Source of the DNA: Octopus vulgaris
Taxonomy: Eukaryota
Direction: 5' to 3'
NCBI GenBank assembly: GCA_951406725.2
Contig: OX597816.1
Location: 118,606,001-118,670,000, forward strand
DNA length: 64,000 nt
Below are positions 63,457 to 64,000 of this stretch, one piece after another. The notes under the pieces are model-generated. The model was not told the DNA's origin and ran no database searches. It saw only the letters and a program-made list of their open reading frames with translations. Within the stretch, counting starts at the first letter, position 1. Every line of letters begins with the position of its first letter. A program made the translations under genes and the position numbers.

Positions 63457-63746
63457 CATGACATACACACTCTCTTATTTTCTCTGGCACACGCACACAC
63501 ACACATACTCTTCTCCTTCTCACAAACACATGTGTCTCCTTTATTTCCATTGTGTACTCCACTTCAACTCATCCTTGGGTCATGCCAACACCATACAGTT
63601 TTGCATGGCAGGAGGCTGCTAAGTCCTTTGCTCATACTCCTCTCCTTTTCCTGGAGAGGGATATAGTCACTGTGAGTGGTATTTCATTACTTTTCCATGG
63701 GTCATCTGTTACAGAAAATGAGAGAGAATTGATCTCAGTGTATCTT

Positions 63747-63794
<48 letters not shown>

Positions 63795-63812
63795 AATATA
63801 TATATATATATG
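63050..63812. repeat. Degenerate (CA)n/(GT)n field and (TA)n run
   Basis: Direct inspection. Confidence 0.9.
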
Positions 63813-64000
63813 AATTAAAATAAGCTTCAAGCGACTCCATTTAATTGAACAATGCAACCATTACATCAATTTAAATGCAGAGCAATCCTCAGCTGCATAA
63901 ATACATAGAATTAAATTAAATTAAAACAGATGGACACATTAGTATAATTTTACCAAAGACCTCCAAGAAGGTAAGGAGACAGACAAAGAACATGCTGTCC

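Noticed and set aside
16-63749. Remaining short ORFs in the supplied track
   Set aside because: They derive from microsatellites (HT, IY, CV repeats), SINEs or antisense frames of LINEs.

Overview
AT-rich eukaryotic DNA dense in microsatellites and SINEs. The repeat families point to an octopus (coleoid cephalopod) genome; this is inferred, not proven. Most of the window is tRNA-derived SINEs, RTE-clade LINE fragments, one decayed Gypsy LTR element, hAT-like and piggyBac-like MITEs, a Helitron and simple repeats, and nearly all listed ORFs are artefacts of these. The exception is a repeat-poor, CpG-retaining island at about 7.4-12.6 kb. It holds a cryptic minus-strand gene of about 8 exons and about 273 codons, encoding a multi-pass membrane-type protein I cannot name. 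Splice phases join without frameshifts, yet the frame contains about 10 in-frame stops (TGA, TAA and TAG) at positions where Trp fits, and one donor reads AT instead of GT. Every one of these defects would be repaired by A-to-I (A>G) editing. Exon 1 lies inside a long exon-intron RNA duplex of the ADAR editing-complementary-sequence type. Hypothesis: a gene that looks like a pseudogene in DNA and is functional only after restorative RNA editing. Exons 1-4 are well supported; exons 5-8 are less certain. All alignments, folds and translations were done by eye.
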